Counted from the stretch's first letter, positions 8,015 through 18,561 are shown. The stretch: 32,000 bases of DNA from Nonlabens ponticola (GCF_003966335.1 NZ_CP034549.1:2490001-2522000), one strand, 5' to 3'. The notes: generated by a model from the sequence alone, not told the origin. A program made the numbers and translations.

Positions 8015-9187
8015 TTAGAATGCCTCAGCAATTCCCAGGTATATCTCGTTGGTACCACGGCCAAAGCCCCAATCCAATCTCAAGTTCAAGTTCTCTGTCT
8101 TGTCAATCTTATAACGCACTCCAAAACCATAATTAGGTTTCAAGGCACCAAATTGGAAATCGGCAATGTTATTGAACACACTACCCGTACCAACAAAAGC
8201 TACAGCACCTAGCCTGGTGTTCTTAAAGTTTTTACGGAACTCCATTTGAGCAGCTACTAGATCCCTATCGACAAATCGTCCTTCTCGATAGCCTCGCATA
8301 ATCTCACTACTACCAAAGAATGAATACTCAGAGAATGGTAAATCGTCACGAACCGTACGACCCAGAAACTGGAAGGCAAGAACATCATCATTCTTCTCAG
8401 AAACTTTAAAAAAGTGTCTCACATCGAGTCTCGTCAAATGAAACTTATTGGTACCGCCTAGAAATTCACCATACTCTCCATGGGTAAACTCTACATACCA
8501 GCCTTCGCTCGCGTTAAGTATGACATCACGATCATCATAAAGCGCTGCAACTTCTAGACCTACAGATGTTGACCCATCAAATCCATCGCGCATATTTTGT
8601 GCTATCAGGCCATCTTCTTCCACCTTTGTCTCATAAATATGGTTGTAACGCAAACCACCGCCTAAGAACAAATACCTATGAAACATCTGCTTGAGAAAAA
8701 TAGGCTCTACCAATAGTTGATTGTATTCATAAACCTCTTCAGCACTTTCTTCTGTATTACGGCCTATACCGTAATATAAACGTGGATAATTCTGAAAAAG
8801 GATGTTACCTGTTATAACGAACTTCTCTTGATTGGTAAATATTTCAAAACCAGAATATAAAAAGTATTGATTATTGAGCGTGTATTGAAACGTGATAGGC
8901 ATATTAGAGACTCTCGTTTCCTCACCACTACCAGCAAATTTGAATAGGTATTTTGCCCCTATTCCAAAGGCGAAATCAGTCTCAGGCGAGAAACTGATTA
9001 CGGGTGCTGCAATAAATTTTGATGGATAAAGTGTGCTATCTTTTTCTACCGCCTTGGCATTGGGGTAAAAAGTAAAGAACTCTTTGGCGTCTTCAAAGAT
9101 TTGTGCGTCACTAGTAGTAGGCAATACAAATCCGATCAAAAGTAAAACGAGAAGTATGCGCTTAAGTGCTAGGTATTTCTTTTTCAA
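8015..9187 (-). CDS. Omp85/BamA-TamA family outer-membrane beta-barrel protein
   Basis: Signal peptide, an RGY loop-6-like motif (EIMRGYREGRF) and a C-terminal aromatic residue (…GIAEAF). The only canonical start is the TTG at 9187. Confidence 0.75.
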   Translation of the reverse strand: MKKKYLALKRILLVLLLIGFVLPTTSDAQIFEDAKEFFTFYPNAKAVEKDSTLYPSKFIAAPVISFSPETDFAFGIGAKYLFKFAGSGEETRVSNMPITFQYTLNNQYFLYSGFEIFTNQEKFVITGNILFQNYPRLYYGIGRNTEESAEEVYEYNQLLVEPIFLKQMFHRYLFLGGGLRYNHIYETKVEEDGLIAQNMRDGFDGSTSVGLEVAALYDDRDVILNASEGWYVEFTHGEYGEFLGGTNKFHLTRLDVRHFFKVSEKNDDVLAFQFLGRTVRDDLPFSEYSFFGSSEIMRGYREGRFVDRDLVAAQMEFRKNFKNTRLGAVAFVGTGSVFNNIADFQFGALKPNYGFGVRYKIDKTENLNLRLDWGFGRGTNEIYLGIAEAF

Positions 9188-9373
9188 AGGGTAGTGTTTT
9201 TCTTAATTGGCAAATTAGATTACTTATCTATAACATGTCCTGTTTCGCATTTTATTTAAGATAAAATTAGTGTGAAAAAGCGTATTCGCTCACGCTCCTA
9301 AAGTTTACATAGTCAATATTATTAAAAGATCGCGTGATTGGGACTTTCCTGATATGACAGATTTTACAGATGA

Positions 9374-9395
9374 TCACGCTTTCGCGAAAGCGTAA
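9374..9395. repeat. Dispersed palindrome, copy 3 (TCACGCTTTCGCGAAAGCGTAA)
   Basis: Read directly. A 41-nt gap separates it from the stop of the minus-strand antiporter gene. Confidence 0.9.
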
Positions 9396-9436
9396 CTTGG
9401 AAAAAACAAATTGCTATAAACGATCACAGAATAATC

Positions 9437-10693
9437 TCAAGGCATCGTGTCATTCTTAAACAACGATCGATAAACCTTGCCTATGGTCAAACCCTGTACT
9501 ACAATACCAAATATCACTACAAAGAAGGTGAGTACCAGTAATGTATTTGAGTAATCCATATCTGTCGTTCCCAATACTAAAGCAATAGAAACCGCTCCTC
9601 GCAAGCCACCCCACGTAAGAATGGTAGCTATGGATAATCGGTGTTGACTATCGTGTTTAAGCAAACTATAAGGGGTATAAATACTTACAAATCTAGCTGC
9701 TAGAACTAAAATAATAACCAACACTCCCAATATGGACGTATTCCAAGAAAACTGTACACTTGTAATAGATAGTCCTATCATAAAAAAAACAATAGCATCC
9801 AGTGTCTCGCTGATCATCTCCCAAAAGCTGGTCAACACCTCATGGGACTCATTTATTTCATCTTCTAGATGCAATTGGTTACCTATTATCAAGCCTGCCA
9901 CAACCATCGCTAGCGGTCCTGAAACATGTAAAAATTGAGCTACAGAATAACCGCCAACAACCGCAGCCAGACTTATCATAGTTACTAATTGATGCGCACC
10001 ACTAGCATACTTTATGGCTTGAAAGGCAATAAAACCAATCAAAGCGCCTAACATCAAACCACCACCTATTTCTTTCAATAACAACCAGCCTACCTCACTG
10101 TATATACCATCAAAACTTCCGTCGTTTGTCATCTTGATAACGAGCAAAACTCCGGCAAACAGCACTACTCCTATTCCATCATTAAATAGTGACTCGCCTT
10201 TAAACTTTACCAGCAGTGAATCAGAGATTTTAGAATCTCCCAGAATAGCCAGCACGGCTACAGGATCTGTAGGTGAAATCAAGGCTCCAAAAAGTAAACA
10301 ATACACAAACGGAATCTCAACACCTACTAATGGCGCTAGGTAAAAAGTAACTGCACCTACCAGCGTCGCGGTGATCAGGACACTAACAGTAGAGAAAGCG
10401 AGAATAGACCACTTAGAAACATCCAATTGCCGTAGATCTATATGAATAGCGCCCGCAAAAAGCAAAAACCCCAGAAAACCATCTAGCAAAATACTACCAA
10501 AATCCACAGTATCTAGCGTTCCAACCGCAAACTCTCTCAAAGACGGAAAAAAGTTCTGCAATAATAAAATACTGATAGCAACCGCAGCACCACTAATCAC
10601 TAGAGCGATACTTGAAGGCAATTTAAAAAGCCTGTGATTGATTAGACAAAAAATCACGGCAATAGGAAAAATAAGACTAAGAGATTGTATCAT
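9437..10693 (-). CDS. Cation/proton antiporter (CPA1, NhaP-type Na+/H+ exchanger)
   Basis: About 12 TM segments, with ISPTDPVAV and GESLFNDG motifs. Confidence 0.85.
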   Translation of the reverse strand: MIQSLSLIFPIAVIFCLINHRLFKLPSSIALVISGAAVAISILLLQNFFPSLREFAVGTLDTVDFGSILLDGFLGFLLFAGAIHIDLRQLDVSKWSILAFSTVSVLITATLVGAVTFYLAPLVGVEIPFVYCLLFGALISPTDPVAVLAILGDSKISDSLLVKFKGESLFNDGIGVVLFAGVLLVIKMTNDGSFDGIYSEVGWLLLKEIGGGLMLGALIGFIAFQAIKYASGAHQLVTMISLAAVVGGYSVAQFLHVSGPLAMVVAGLIIGNQLHLEDEINESHEVLTSFWEMISETLDAIVFFMIGLSITSVQFSWNTSILGVLVIILVLAARFVSIYTPYSLLKHDSQHRLSIATILTWGGLRGAVSIALVLGTTDMDYSNTLLVLTFFVVIFGIVVQGLTIGKVYRSLFKNDTMP

Positions 10694-10910
10694 TCCCCTA
10701 ACGAGCTAAAGAACTAGAAATATAAATAATGCCTATCACGATAATCTAAAAATCATGAGAAATAAGGCTGAATTCAATAACTAAGCTTTCACTATCAATA
10801 TGATAAATCTTCTTTAAAGTTTTATATCAAGAACAAATACGTCAATCAATGAAAATCAAGTGCTGTTCAATTAAAAAGAGGGTTAATTAAATTCCCAGAG
10901 AAAAAATGAA

Positions 10911-12134
10911 TTAAAATATCCTATACCCGACTTTTAAATTTAAACCGCTTTTTAAGACTTCTGCATTAACAGTGCTTTCTTTAGTGGTAGAGGATCCAAA
11001 ATATTCTATCTTAAAACTGATTTTATTTTTGAATTCTGCAGCAATACCGGCCTTATAAATAATTAAATCACTTAATGGAAAAGCACCAAACTCTCCATTA
11101 TCGCCAAATTCTATAAAACTATCTGATGATACGTTAGAAATTCCTCCTTGCGCCGATAGTAATAAAGACATTTTCTCATTTAAGTAAAGATATTTTAAGG
11201 CTCCTATAGTAATATCGATGCTTTGACTTTCTATATAGACTTCTTCGTCCCTAAATTCGAGCCCATTACCTGTGAATTGTTGTTGGTATGTACTAGAACC
11301 TTCAACCTGAGAATTATATGCTATTTCAGAAATTATAGACCAATTATCGCGTTTTCTATCAAAACGTACTTCAAGAATTCCGCTCACATGGATGCTGGTT
11401 TCATTGACACCATCAAATTGCCTAAAATAATCTTTGGATGGAGATAGAGTTTGAGAGCTTACTCCAGCATTGATTCTTCCTGAAAGTAATGATAGGTTAT
11501 TTTTTCTGCTAATTATTGAATATGATTTATTCGTGCATTCATTATAATCGATTACATATTCCAAGAGATCTTTGCGGTTATAGCCTAAACCACCCAATTT
11601 TTGGTAGTCGGTAGAATTACAGTCTAATAATTCTGCTATCTGTCGCTGGTAATCACGTGATTTACCTATTTGAGAACCATCAGCGGTGAGATATTCCTGA
11701 TAATTAAGTAATTTAAAATCGCTTGTTCCAGTTTTCACATAATATCTAGTATTGTTATCACTAGAATATTCGGCTAGTGTTCCTTCGCCCTTTATGAGTA
11801 TTTTTAAAAACACTTGTTTTTCGATTGTAGTGGGTGACACTTTGTTTATCGGTTCAACATCGCTGGTCAAATCAACATCAATCTTTGAACTTTGATATAA
11901 TAATCCATCTTCTAACGTTCCAAAAGATCTTGTATTGAATGGAGTCATAACCACTTGCTGACCATTTTCTGGATAAAATTCAACCCTGTCAGGGTTTTTA
12001 AGAAATTCTGATATTTTAATTTTTCCTATGGTACGTGATCCTGATTCATCAACTCGATAGGCATCTTCTTTATTAGTTTGTGCCTGAACAGCAACTAGGA
12101 AGAAAAAAAATAAAAGTGTAAAAAAATGTTTCAT
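10911..12134 (-). CDS. Hypothetical secreted protein with a C-terminal outer-membrane beta-barrel-like region
   Basis: The ATG at 12134 gives the signal peptide MKHFFTLLFFFFLVAVQAQ. The C-terminus has alternating beta-strand character and ends KVGYRIF. I recognise no family for the N-terminal half. Confidence 0.6.
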   Translation of the reverse strand: MKHFFTLLFFFFLVAVQAQTNKEDAYRVDESGSRTIGKIKISEFLKNPDRVEFYPENGQQVVMTPFNTRSFGTLEDGLLYQSSKIDVDLTSDVEPINKVSPTTIEKQVFLKILIKGEGTLAEYSSDNNTRYYVKTGTSDFKLLNYQEYLTADGSQIGKSRDYQRQIAELLDCNSTDYQKLGGLGYNRKDLLEYVIDYNECTNKSYSIISRKNNLSLLSGRINAGVSSQTLSPSKDYFRQFDGVNETSIHVSGILEVRFDRKRDNWSIISEIAYNSQVEGSSTYQQQFTGNGLEFRDEEVYIESQSIDITIGALKYLYLNEKMSLLLSAQGGISNVSSDSFIEFGDNGEFGAFPLSDLIIYKAGIAAEFKNKISFKIEYFGSSTTKESTVNAEVLKSGLNLKVGYRIF

Positions 12135-12463
12135 AGTAGAATTTACGATTTTCAAAACTGGCCGCTAAAATAGGTTTATTAAATTTTATTAGAAATCAAA
12201 TTGTTCCCTATAGGGATATATGACCTATTAATTCCTACTCATCTATGTCTATTTTAGAAAATGGATAATAAAAAACTAGCACCACTAAGAAAGTAAATGC
12301 ATCTTAAAATTTATCAGATGGTCTATTTCCATTGAATTTCTTTTCTCCCTATAACTTTTGGCAGAATGACAACGCCTGCGATCCTAAACGAATTTTTATC
12401 TAGATTTTTTACAGGGCACAAGAATTAAAAAGACGAGAATGATTGTACCTATGTAAATCTAAA

Positions 12464-12485
12464 TCTGGTTACTCTGCGAACCAGA
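12464..12485 (-). terminator. Possible terminator hairpin downstream of the aldo/keto reductase gene
   Basis: A 7-bp stem TCTGGTT/AACCAGA with an 8-nt loop. On the minus strand it is followed by a T-rich stretch. Confidence 0.35.
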
Positions 12486-12526
12486 AATCTAAAATTTGAG
12501 TGTACATAAAATGTCTAAGTACAAAT

Positions 12527-13480
12527 TTAAGCACTTACCTCATTCAATAGCTTGATATGCTCACCGGTAAGATTTGAGCTTATCGCTTCTTTGAAAGCTT
12601 TGAGCTGTGAGGATTTTGTTGCACTCACAATAGGCGCGGTAATTCCAGGCTGCACCATGGTCCAGGCGATGGTTACACCTGCTTGTGAGATGGCTAGATC
12701 CTGAGATACTGTCTTTAGCGCTTTTAAAATGGCACGCCCGCGATCATTCCAATATTTTTTCAAATTACCAGAACGCTCACTTTTTTCTATTTGCTCAATA
12801 GAATCATACTTACCGGTTAAAAAGCCATTTGCTAGCGCCCAATAGTTAGTCACCGCGATCTGTTCTTGTTGCACATATTCTTGATAACCATTCTCAAAGT
12901 CATTGCGATTTATCAAACTATATTCTGGTTGATAGATCTCATAGCGTGGCTGGTCATGTTTTGCGGCATAGTCTTGTGATTCCTTGAATCGGTCTAGCGG
13001 GAAACTACTCGCTCCTAGATGCCTAACCTTTCCTTGACTTATAAGATCTGCATGTGTGTCCATGATCGTTGCAACCGTTAGATCTGGATCATCCCGATGG
13101 CTATAGTAAAAATCGACATAGTCTGTTTGTAGGTTTTTAAGGCTTTGATCAATCTGTTTATGCACGTGATCTGACGCTAGGCTTATTCCACCTTGACCTA
13201 CATCCATACCTACTTTGGTAGCAATGATCATTCGGTCACGCAGGCCTCTATCTTTCATCCACGCACCTATGATGCGCTCGCTCTCGCCACCGCTATTCCC
13301 ATCAACCCATCGAGAATAAACATCTGCCGTGTCGATGTAATTAAAGCCTAGCTCGTACAATTCATCCAGCATTTTGAACGATTGTTTCTTGTCGATTGTC
13401 CAACCAAATACATTACCTCCAAAAGCGATAGGTGGTATTCTTAAATCAGTTTTTCCTATTGGTTTCGTTGTCATATTCAT
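12527..13480 (-). CDS. Aldo/keto reductase
   Basis: Typical AKR sequence features (GGNVFGWT, IDTADVY, ATKVG) over 317 aa. Confidence 0.9.
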   Translation of the reverse strand: MNMTTKPIGKTDLRIPPIAFGGNVFGWTIDKKQSFKMLDELYELGFNYIDTADVYSRWVDGNSGGESERIIGAWMKDRGLRDRMIIATKVGMDVGQGGISLASDHVHKQIDQSLKNLQTDYVDFYYSHRDDPDLTVATIMDTHADLISQGKVRHLGASSFPLDRFKESQDYAAKHDQPRYEIYQPEYSLINRNDFENGYQEYVQQEQIAVTNYWALANGFLTGKYDSIEQIEKSERSGNLKKYWNDRGRAILKALKTVSQDLAISQAGVTIAWTMVQPGITAPIVSATKSSQLKAFKEAISSNLTGEHIKLLNEVSA

Positions 13481-13635
13481 AATATCAAATTCTAAACTTT
13501 AGCTTGAGAAGATATGAATCCTCTGAATTTGATGCTAAAATCCTTTCAGCAAAGCTATATTTAAGCTGCGAGGACAAAACTAAATACATGATGAACTTTG
13601 CTTCTGAGAGCTGCTTGTAAAATGGACATTGGTGA

Positions 13636-13657
13636 TTACGCTTTCGCGAAAGCGTAA
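13636..13657. repeat. Dispersed palindrome, copy 4 (perfect TTACGCTTTCGCGAAAGCGTAA)
   Basis: Read directly. A 41-nt gap separates it from the stop of the minus-strand M20 gene, the same spacing as copy 3. Confidence 0.9.
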
Positions 13658-13698
13658 CATAAATAAGGTTTCTTATTATAAAATACTTATCTGATAAC

Positions 13699-14967
13699 TT
13701 ATTCAGTTTGTGCTCTAGCCGTCATTAAGACACTAAAACGCTCCACAGCTTTTTGAATGACACTCTCGTCTACCTCAAAAATAGGCGCGTGCGGCATGCT
13801 GATTTTATTCTGCTCAAAATTAGAACCGCCCAGAAAGAAATAGGTACCTGGCACTTTTTCTAAGAATAGCGCAAAGTCATCGCTGCGTCCACCTGGGAAA
13901 ACACCACTAAGCTCTACAACCGATTCTGGGTAATAATTCATTAGGATTTTGACCGATTGAGCAGTAACATCAGGATCATTTTGAAGTACATAAGAAACGG
14001 GCTTGATGTTATGATCAATGACTACCTGATCTAGCGGACTCTCATCTATCATATTTTGAAGATTCTTCTTGAAAGTATCCAACTGATTTTGATCGCTGAA
14101 ACTATAATAACCTCTTAGAACGGTCTGATCATTTTCTGAATTTGGATAGATACTTGTTTCTAATAAGGTATAATCTTGATACATCGTATTGCTACCCGCG
14201 ATACCCGTGACTGGATCTTCAAAAGATGCGTCTGTTCCAAATTCAGGATTGCTTACATTAGAAAGATCATTCATTTTGGACGATACAAATCTGATGTCTT
14301 CTGAGTCGGTTGTGTTCAAAGTAAGCGATACTTCTTTATAATGCGCATACAGCTCTTTGGGCTTTGTGGCGATCACACCAGCTGGGAACGGCGTTATATG
14401 TGCTGCATAGAATTCGTCTGGATTGATCAGTTCCATCAGGTCTTCGTCTAGCATCGCTTTGGCTCCTGTAATGTTTTCTTCAGCTGGTTGAAAGACGAAA
14501 TAATATGTTCCTGCCAATTGCTCTTTAAGTTGACTCAAATTGCGCGCAATTCCCAAGCCGATCGTGGTATGCACATCGTGCCCACAGATGTGTCGCACAC
14601 CATCATGGACCGATTTGAATGCCACAGGATCCTCAAAATCGGTTGCCAGCGCGTCGATGTCTGCTCGCCATGCGATGTGCTTGCCAGGTTTATCCGTCTT
14701 GAGAATACCGACAACGCCATAACCACCTATGTTTTCGTGAACTTCTAGTCCAGATTCTTTGAGATGTTCTGCAATAGTTTTCGCCGTACGTGTTTCTTCT
14801 CCTGCAAGTTCTGGATATTGATGTAAATCTCGTCTCAAGGCGATCAAATCTTCTTCCATCGCTAGACTTTGAGAAGCTAGTTCCTTATTCAGTTGCTCTT
14901 GAGTTAATGGTTTTTGTTGGCATGATATCAGTAGAACAAAAGCGGTGAGAAAGAGAATATATTTCAT
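13699..14967 (-). CDS. M20D-family amidohydrolase/metallopeptidase, probable lipoprotein
   Basis: RRDLHQYPELAGEE and the GHDVHT metal-ligand region. The N-terminal LLISC sequence is lipobox-like. Confidence 0.85.
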   Translation of the reverse strand: MKYILFLTAFVLLISCQQKPLTQEQLNKELASQSLAMEEDLIALRRDLHQYPELAGEETRTAKTIAEHLKESGLEVHENIGGYGVVGILKTDKPGKHIAWRADIDALATDFEDPVAFKSVHDGVRHICGHDVHTTIGLGIARNLSQLKEQLAGTYYFVFQPAEENITGAKAMLDEDLMELINPDEFYAAHITPFPAGVIATKPKELYAHYKEVSLTLNTTDSEDIRFVSSKMNDLSNVSNPEFGTDASFEDPVTGIAGSNTMYQDYTLLETSIYPNSENDQTVLRGYYSFSDQNQLDTFKKNLQNMIDESPLDQVVIDHNIKPVSYVLQNDPDVTAQSVKILMNYYPESVVELSGVFPGGRSDDFALFLEKVPGTYFFLGGSNFEQNKISMPHAPIFEVDESVIQKAVERFSVLMTARAQTE

Positions 14968-15035
14968 GGCGGGTTTGATTTATTGAGCTTAAAAATAGAA
15001 TTATATCTTGAGATGGGATTATCTAACAAACCATA

Positions 15036-15110
15036 TCTCGACTATCGCTCGATATTGGTTCAAGCACTTTGTGGTCAAAGAAAAGCAACCACTTCGAGCG
15101 ATAGTCGAGA
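15036..15110. repeat. 17-bp perfect inverted repeat (TCTCGACTATCGCTCGA / TCGAGCGATAGTCGAGA) with a 41-nt spacer
   Basis: Read directly. It is intergenic, just downstream of the stop of the minus-strand M14 gene. Confidence 0.6.
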
Positions 15111-15135
15111 GCTACGTCTCATGAACTAAACCTGA

Positions 15136-17622
15136 CTACAAAGTAGGCTTATTGTTATTCACCAAGAACACTGAATTCACAAAAAACAATTTTCCATTTT
15201 CCCAAAAAGCACGGAATAATGGATCATCCACTAGATAAATAAAACTACCAGAACCCATGCGCTCCTCACCAAAAACGAGCGTGTTTTCTAATTCGCGATT
15301 AGCTTCTGTGCCAACAAAGCCTGAAACTGCGTTTACCTGATCGATCCAACCTACATTGTAACCATTGCTCAAGTAATCCATGGATTGTGTTCCTAGTTTG
15401 AGCGTATAATATTCATCGCCATACCCAAAAGCTAACGGATGCGTTTTATCCAAATTCACTTTAAAAATACTACCTGAATTAAAATACTTGGTGCTCTCAA
15501 CTTCACGATCTGCATAAGGTGTGAAGTCGGCTTCAGTATCTTTAGATTCATCTTCTGATTCTTCTTCTTTATTTTTTAAAGCAAAACCTTCTTTACCAGC
15601 AAAAGAATTCATCGCACTACCTATCGCAACTACCTTACCGCCGTTACGTACGAATGTTTTGATTTTATCCAAACCTGCATCGTTGAGTACGCTGCCGTAA
15701 TAGCCGTTAGGCATCACGATCACATCAAAATTGGATAGCTCTACTCTGCCCAAATCCTCTAAATCTAGATTAGTCGCTGGATACTCCAATTGCTGCTCAA
15801 AGAAATGCCATGCAGCTCCATAACTCAAGGAAGAAATATTGTCGCCTTTGAGTAAGGCGATGCGCGGTGCGTTGATCAACTTGACGTCAGGTGATCCAAA
15901 GTCTGGACCTGCGCTTGCAAAGGAACTATTCACAGCAACCACTTTACGGTCATATTCACGAGCATACTGATTTAGTTTTGCTAGTAAATCTGCGTTTCTC
16001 ACATTGTCGCTTTTGGCAATAATCAGGCTACCGCGGTCGTACTCAACACCATTATTGGTAAATGGTTTTTCTGAAAAGCGCACCTTGATACCATCCTTGA
16101 GTAAGGCAGCCAGAAATCTAGCATCATCCATACCGTTCCATGAGATGATATAACCTGCATTGGCGTTGGGTATGGTTTGATAATTAGATTTGAGTGTGGT
16201 AGCAGTTCCAACGCTGACCTTTTTACTGCTCGCGACTGCATCAAAACCATAAGCATGCACGAGATTCCAGGCTGTGATATCATAAGTAACCGGCGTACTC
16301 AAGCTGGTTTGTGGTTCAAAAAGCACTTGTACCATCTTGCCTCTGGGTTGGTCTGTATGAATAACCATGGCAAGATCTGCCTTGAGTGTTCCAGAGCTTT
16401 TACCATTGTATGGTTTGCCCGTAACGTTTACGCTTTCGCGAAAGCTGTATGCTATCTCATGTTGATCCAGCAAAGAGGCTAGTGATTTATATTGATCGCT
16501 GGTACCTGAAAGCACAAAACTCTTAAACTTGAGATCGTCGTTGTTGAAATACTTTTTGAACTCACTATTGATTCGCTGGGCATTTTTTGAAGCCACCTCA
16601 ATTGTGGACAATCCAGTAGTAGTGTGATGTGCAACGCGATCGACTAGTGTCAATTCATAGCCTTCATCGGTATTGATGCCTAGTCCAGCGCGGCCGTGGC
16701 CAGCCTGCTCATAAGTCATTCCTATCGCGCCCATGTAAGTCGGGTATGTGTCGCCATAGCTGGGATACAGAAGGTCAAAGCGCTCGCGTGTGAAGTATAG
16801 CCAGCCTTCCTTGTCAAAATAGCTGGCGTGGTTTTGCCCAATCTCTGTCTGGAATTGTCGCTGAAAATCTGTGATAACCTCATGAAATGGCTCTGCAGCT
16901 GGTGCGAAATAGTACGGATTGTTGATGCCTTGCTCGTGAAAATCCACATGCACGTGTGGCATCCATTGGTTATAAACCTTGAGGCGCTCCTGCGTCTCGA
17001 TTTGCGAGGCCCATGCCCAGTCGCGGTTCAGGTCAAATAAATAATGATTAGGTCTACCACCTGGCCATGGCTCGCTATGCTCGGCTGCGGCTTGTGATGG
17101 ATCATAAGGCTGGCTCGCCACTTGATTGAACCAATTTACATAGCGATCGCGCCCGTCAGGATTCACGCATGGATCCATAATCACTACGGTGTTTTGCAAC
17201 CAGTCTTTCTTTTCGGTAATCAATTTATAAATGGTATTCATCGCCGCCTCAGTCGATGAAGCCTCGTTACCGTGTACATTATAGGATAACCAGACGATGG
17301 ATTTATCGGCGACTGCACTTCCATCGTTTATCAAGCCTGTTTGCTGCAAATTGGCTTTACGTATGCTCTCTAAATTTTGATGATTTTCAGAACTCGTGAT
17401 CACTACATAAGTAAGCGGTCTGCGCTCATAGGTCTCACCATATTTTTCATAAGTAACAAGTGGTGAGTTATTTGCCACATGCTCCAGATAATCCACAACC
17501 TGTGCATGGCGTGTGAACGCAGTACCTAATTCATAACCAAGAAAATCTGCTGGCGATTGTAATTGCGCTTGTGAAATGGTGCTGATCAAAAAAAATAAAA
17601 CGAGCGTAAAGCGATGAATCAT
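15136..17622 (-). CDS. M14-family zinc carboxypeptidase with a large C-terminal extension
   Basis: Signal peptide, the HGNE zinc motif (YNVHGNEASS) and the DLNRDW motif, over 828 aa. Confidence 0.9.
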   Translation of the reverse strand: MIHRFTLVLFFLISTISQAQLQSPADFLGYELGTAFTRHAQVVDYLEHVANNSPLVTYEKYGETYERRPLTYVVITSSENHQNLESIRKANLQQTGLINDGSAVADKSIVWLSYNVHGNEASSTEAAMNTIYKLITEKKDWLQNTVVIMDPCVNPDGRDRYVNWFNQVASQPYDPSQAAAEHSEPWPGGRPNHYLFDLNRDWAWASQIETQERLKVYNQWMPHVHVDFHEQGINNPYYFAPAAEPFHEVITDFQRQFQTEIGQNHASYFDKEGWLYFTRERFDLLYPSYGDTYPTYMGAIGMTYEQAGHGRAGLGINTDEGYELTLVDRVAHHTTTGLSTIEVASKNAQRINSEFKKYFNNDDLKFKSFVLSGTSDQYKSLASLLDQHEIAYSFRESVNVTGKPYNGKSSGTLKADLAMVIHTDQPRGKMVQVLFEPQTSLSTPVTYDITAWNLVHAYGFDAVASSKKVSVGTATTLKSNYQTIPNANAGYIISWNGMDDARFLAALLKDGIKVRFSEKPFTNNGVEYDRGSLIIAKSDNVRNADLLAKLNQYAREYDRKVVAVNSSFASAGPDFGSPDVKLINAPRIALLKGDNISSLSYGAAWHFFEQQLEYPATNLDLEDLGRVELSNFDVIVMPNGYYGSVLNDAGLDKIKTFVRNGGKVVAIGSAMNSFAGKEGFALKNKEEESEDESKDTEADFTPYADREVESTKYFNSGSIFKVNLDKTHPLAFGYGDEYYTLKLGTQSMDYLSNGYNVGWIDQVNAVSGFVGTEANRELENTLVFGEERMGSGSFIYLVDDPLFRAFWENGKLFFVNSVFLVNNNKPTL
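16428..16445. repeat. Palindrome core copy inside the M14 coding sequence (TTACGCTTTCGCGAAAGC)
   Basis: Read directly. On the minus strand it encodes ...SFRESVN.... Confidence 0.8.
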
Positions 17623-17724
17623 AGTTGCTATTTGAGTTTACTAAACTAATCCAAATCAAGCATATCTCGCATGAGTTTGCAGTTGGCCAAAAATCTAGGT
17701 TACTTTGAGGCATAATTGAGAACT

Positions 17725-18489
17725 ATGAAAGATCTAGGCCTGTGTTTATCTGGTGGCGGCGCGAGAGCTAGCGCTCACATAGGTGTTCTGGAAGCCTTGA
17801 ACGAGAACGGCATTTACCCTAAACAACTTTCTGGCACTAGCGCTGGTGCGCTGATAGCATCCTTATATTGTTATGGCTACAAGCCCCTGGAAATTCTAGA
17901 AATGTCCTTGCAGGATGAATTTGTAAATATCTTCAAGTTCCAGATCATCACTCGCAACTGGAACCGACTGGCAGCACTCAAGAAACTATTGATGAAACAC
18001 ATGCCCGAAAATAGTTTTGACGCCATGAAAATTCCCGTTCATGTATGTGCAACCAACCTCAATAAAGGCTGTGCAGAATTTCTCAATTCGGGCGATCTAG
18101 CTACTGCCATTACCGCTTCTTGCGCCATACCAGTTATATTCAAGGCTGTCCAGATTGATGGCATGACCTATGTTGACGGCGGCGTGCTCAACAATCTGCC
18201 TGTAGAAACGCTGCTTGACAAGGACTTGACCATCATGGGCGTGAGCATTTGCCCGCATGACGAGATGGCAAAAGTGACGAGCATACGCGAGATCAGTGAG
18301 CGTATCTTTCAGCTTAATGTCTGGTCAAATGTAGAATTGCGTCTCAAGCAATGCGACATCGTTTTGGATCTGGAAGATTCCTTCAACTACGGCATGTTTG
18401 ACGTCAAAAAATCCGAAGAGCTTTTCCGCATAGGTTATGATCGTACCTTGCAGCAAATGCCTAGCATCCTAGCGCAGTTAGCCGATTAA
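17725..18489 (+). CDS. Patatin-like phospholipase
   Basis: GGGARA oxyanion motif, GTSAG (GxSxG) nucleophile and a DGG motif. I prefer the ATG at 17725 over the tracked TTG at 17716. Confidence 0.85.
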   Translation: MKDLGLCLSGGGARASAHIGVLEALNENGIYPKQLSGTSAGALIASLYCYGYKPLEILEMSLQDEFVNIFKFQIITRNWNRLAALKKLLMKHMPENSFDAMKIPVHVCATNLNKGCAEFLNSGDLATAITASCAIPVIFKAVQIDGMTYVDGGVLNNLPVETLLDKDLTIMGVSICPHDEMAKVTSIREISERIFQLNVWSNVELRLKQCDIVLDLEDSFNYGMFDVKKSEELFRIGYDRTLQQMPSILAQLAD

Positions 18490-18534
18490 GTACATTCTTA
18501 CTGTCTGTTTTCGGGCAGTTCCCTAATGCAGGAC

Positions 18535-18542
18535 TATCTTTG
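18535..18542 (+). promoter_or_regulatory. Candidate -7 box (TAtcTTTG)
   Basis: Matches TAnnTTTG 20 nt upstream of the ATG at 18562. It lies inside the longer tracked ORF, which argues for the downstream start. Confidence 0.4.
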
Positions 18543-18561
18543 CATGTACCAACAAGTATCT

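Noticed and set aside
9732-10343. Plus-strand ORFs 9732-9938 and 10134-10343
   Set aside because: They are antisense shadows of the antiporter gene.
14488-14748. Three overlapping short ORFs (14488-14748 plus strand, 14535-14726 minus strand, 14540-14722 plus strand) inside the M20 gene
   Set aside because: These are out-of-frame or antisense shadows within a well-supported 422-aa CDS, with low-complexity, Cys/Arg-rich translations.
16023-17040. Short ORFs 16023-16283, 16177-16482, 16722-16949 and 16828-17040 inside the M14 gene, plus 17531-17713
   Set aside because: These are shadow ORFs within, or overlapping the start of, the 828-aa peptidase CDS. They have no independent signals.
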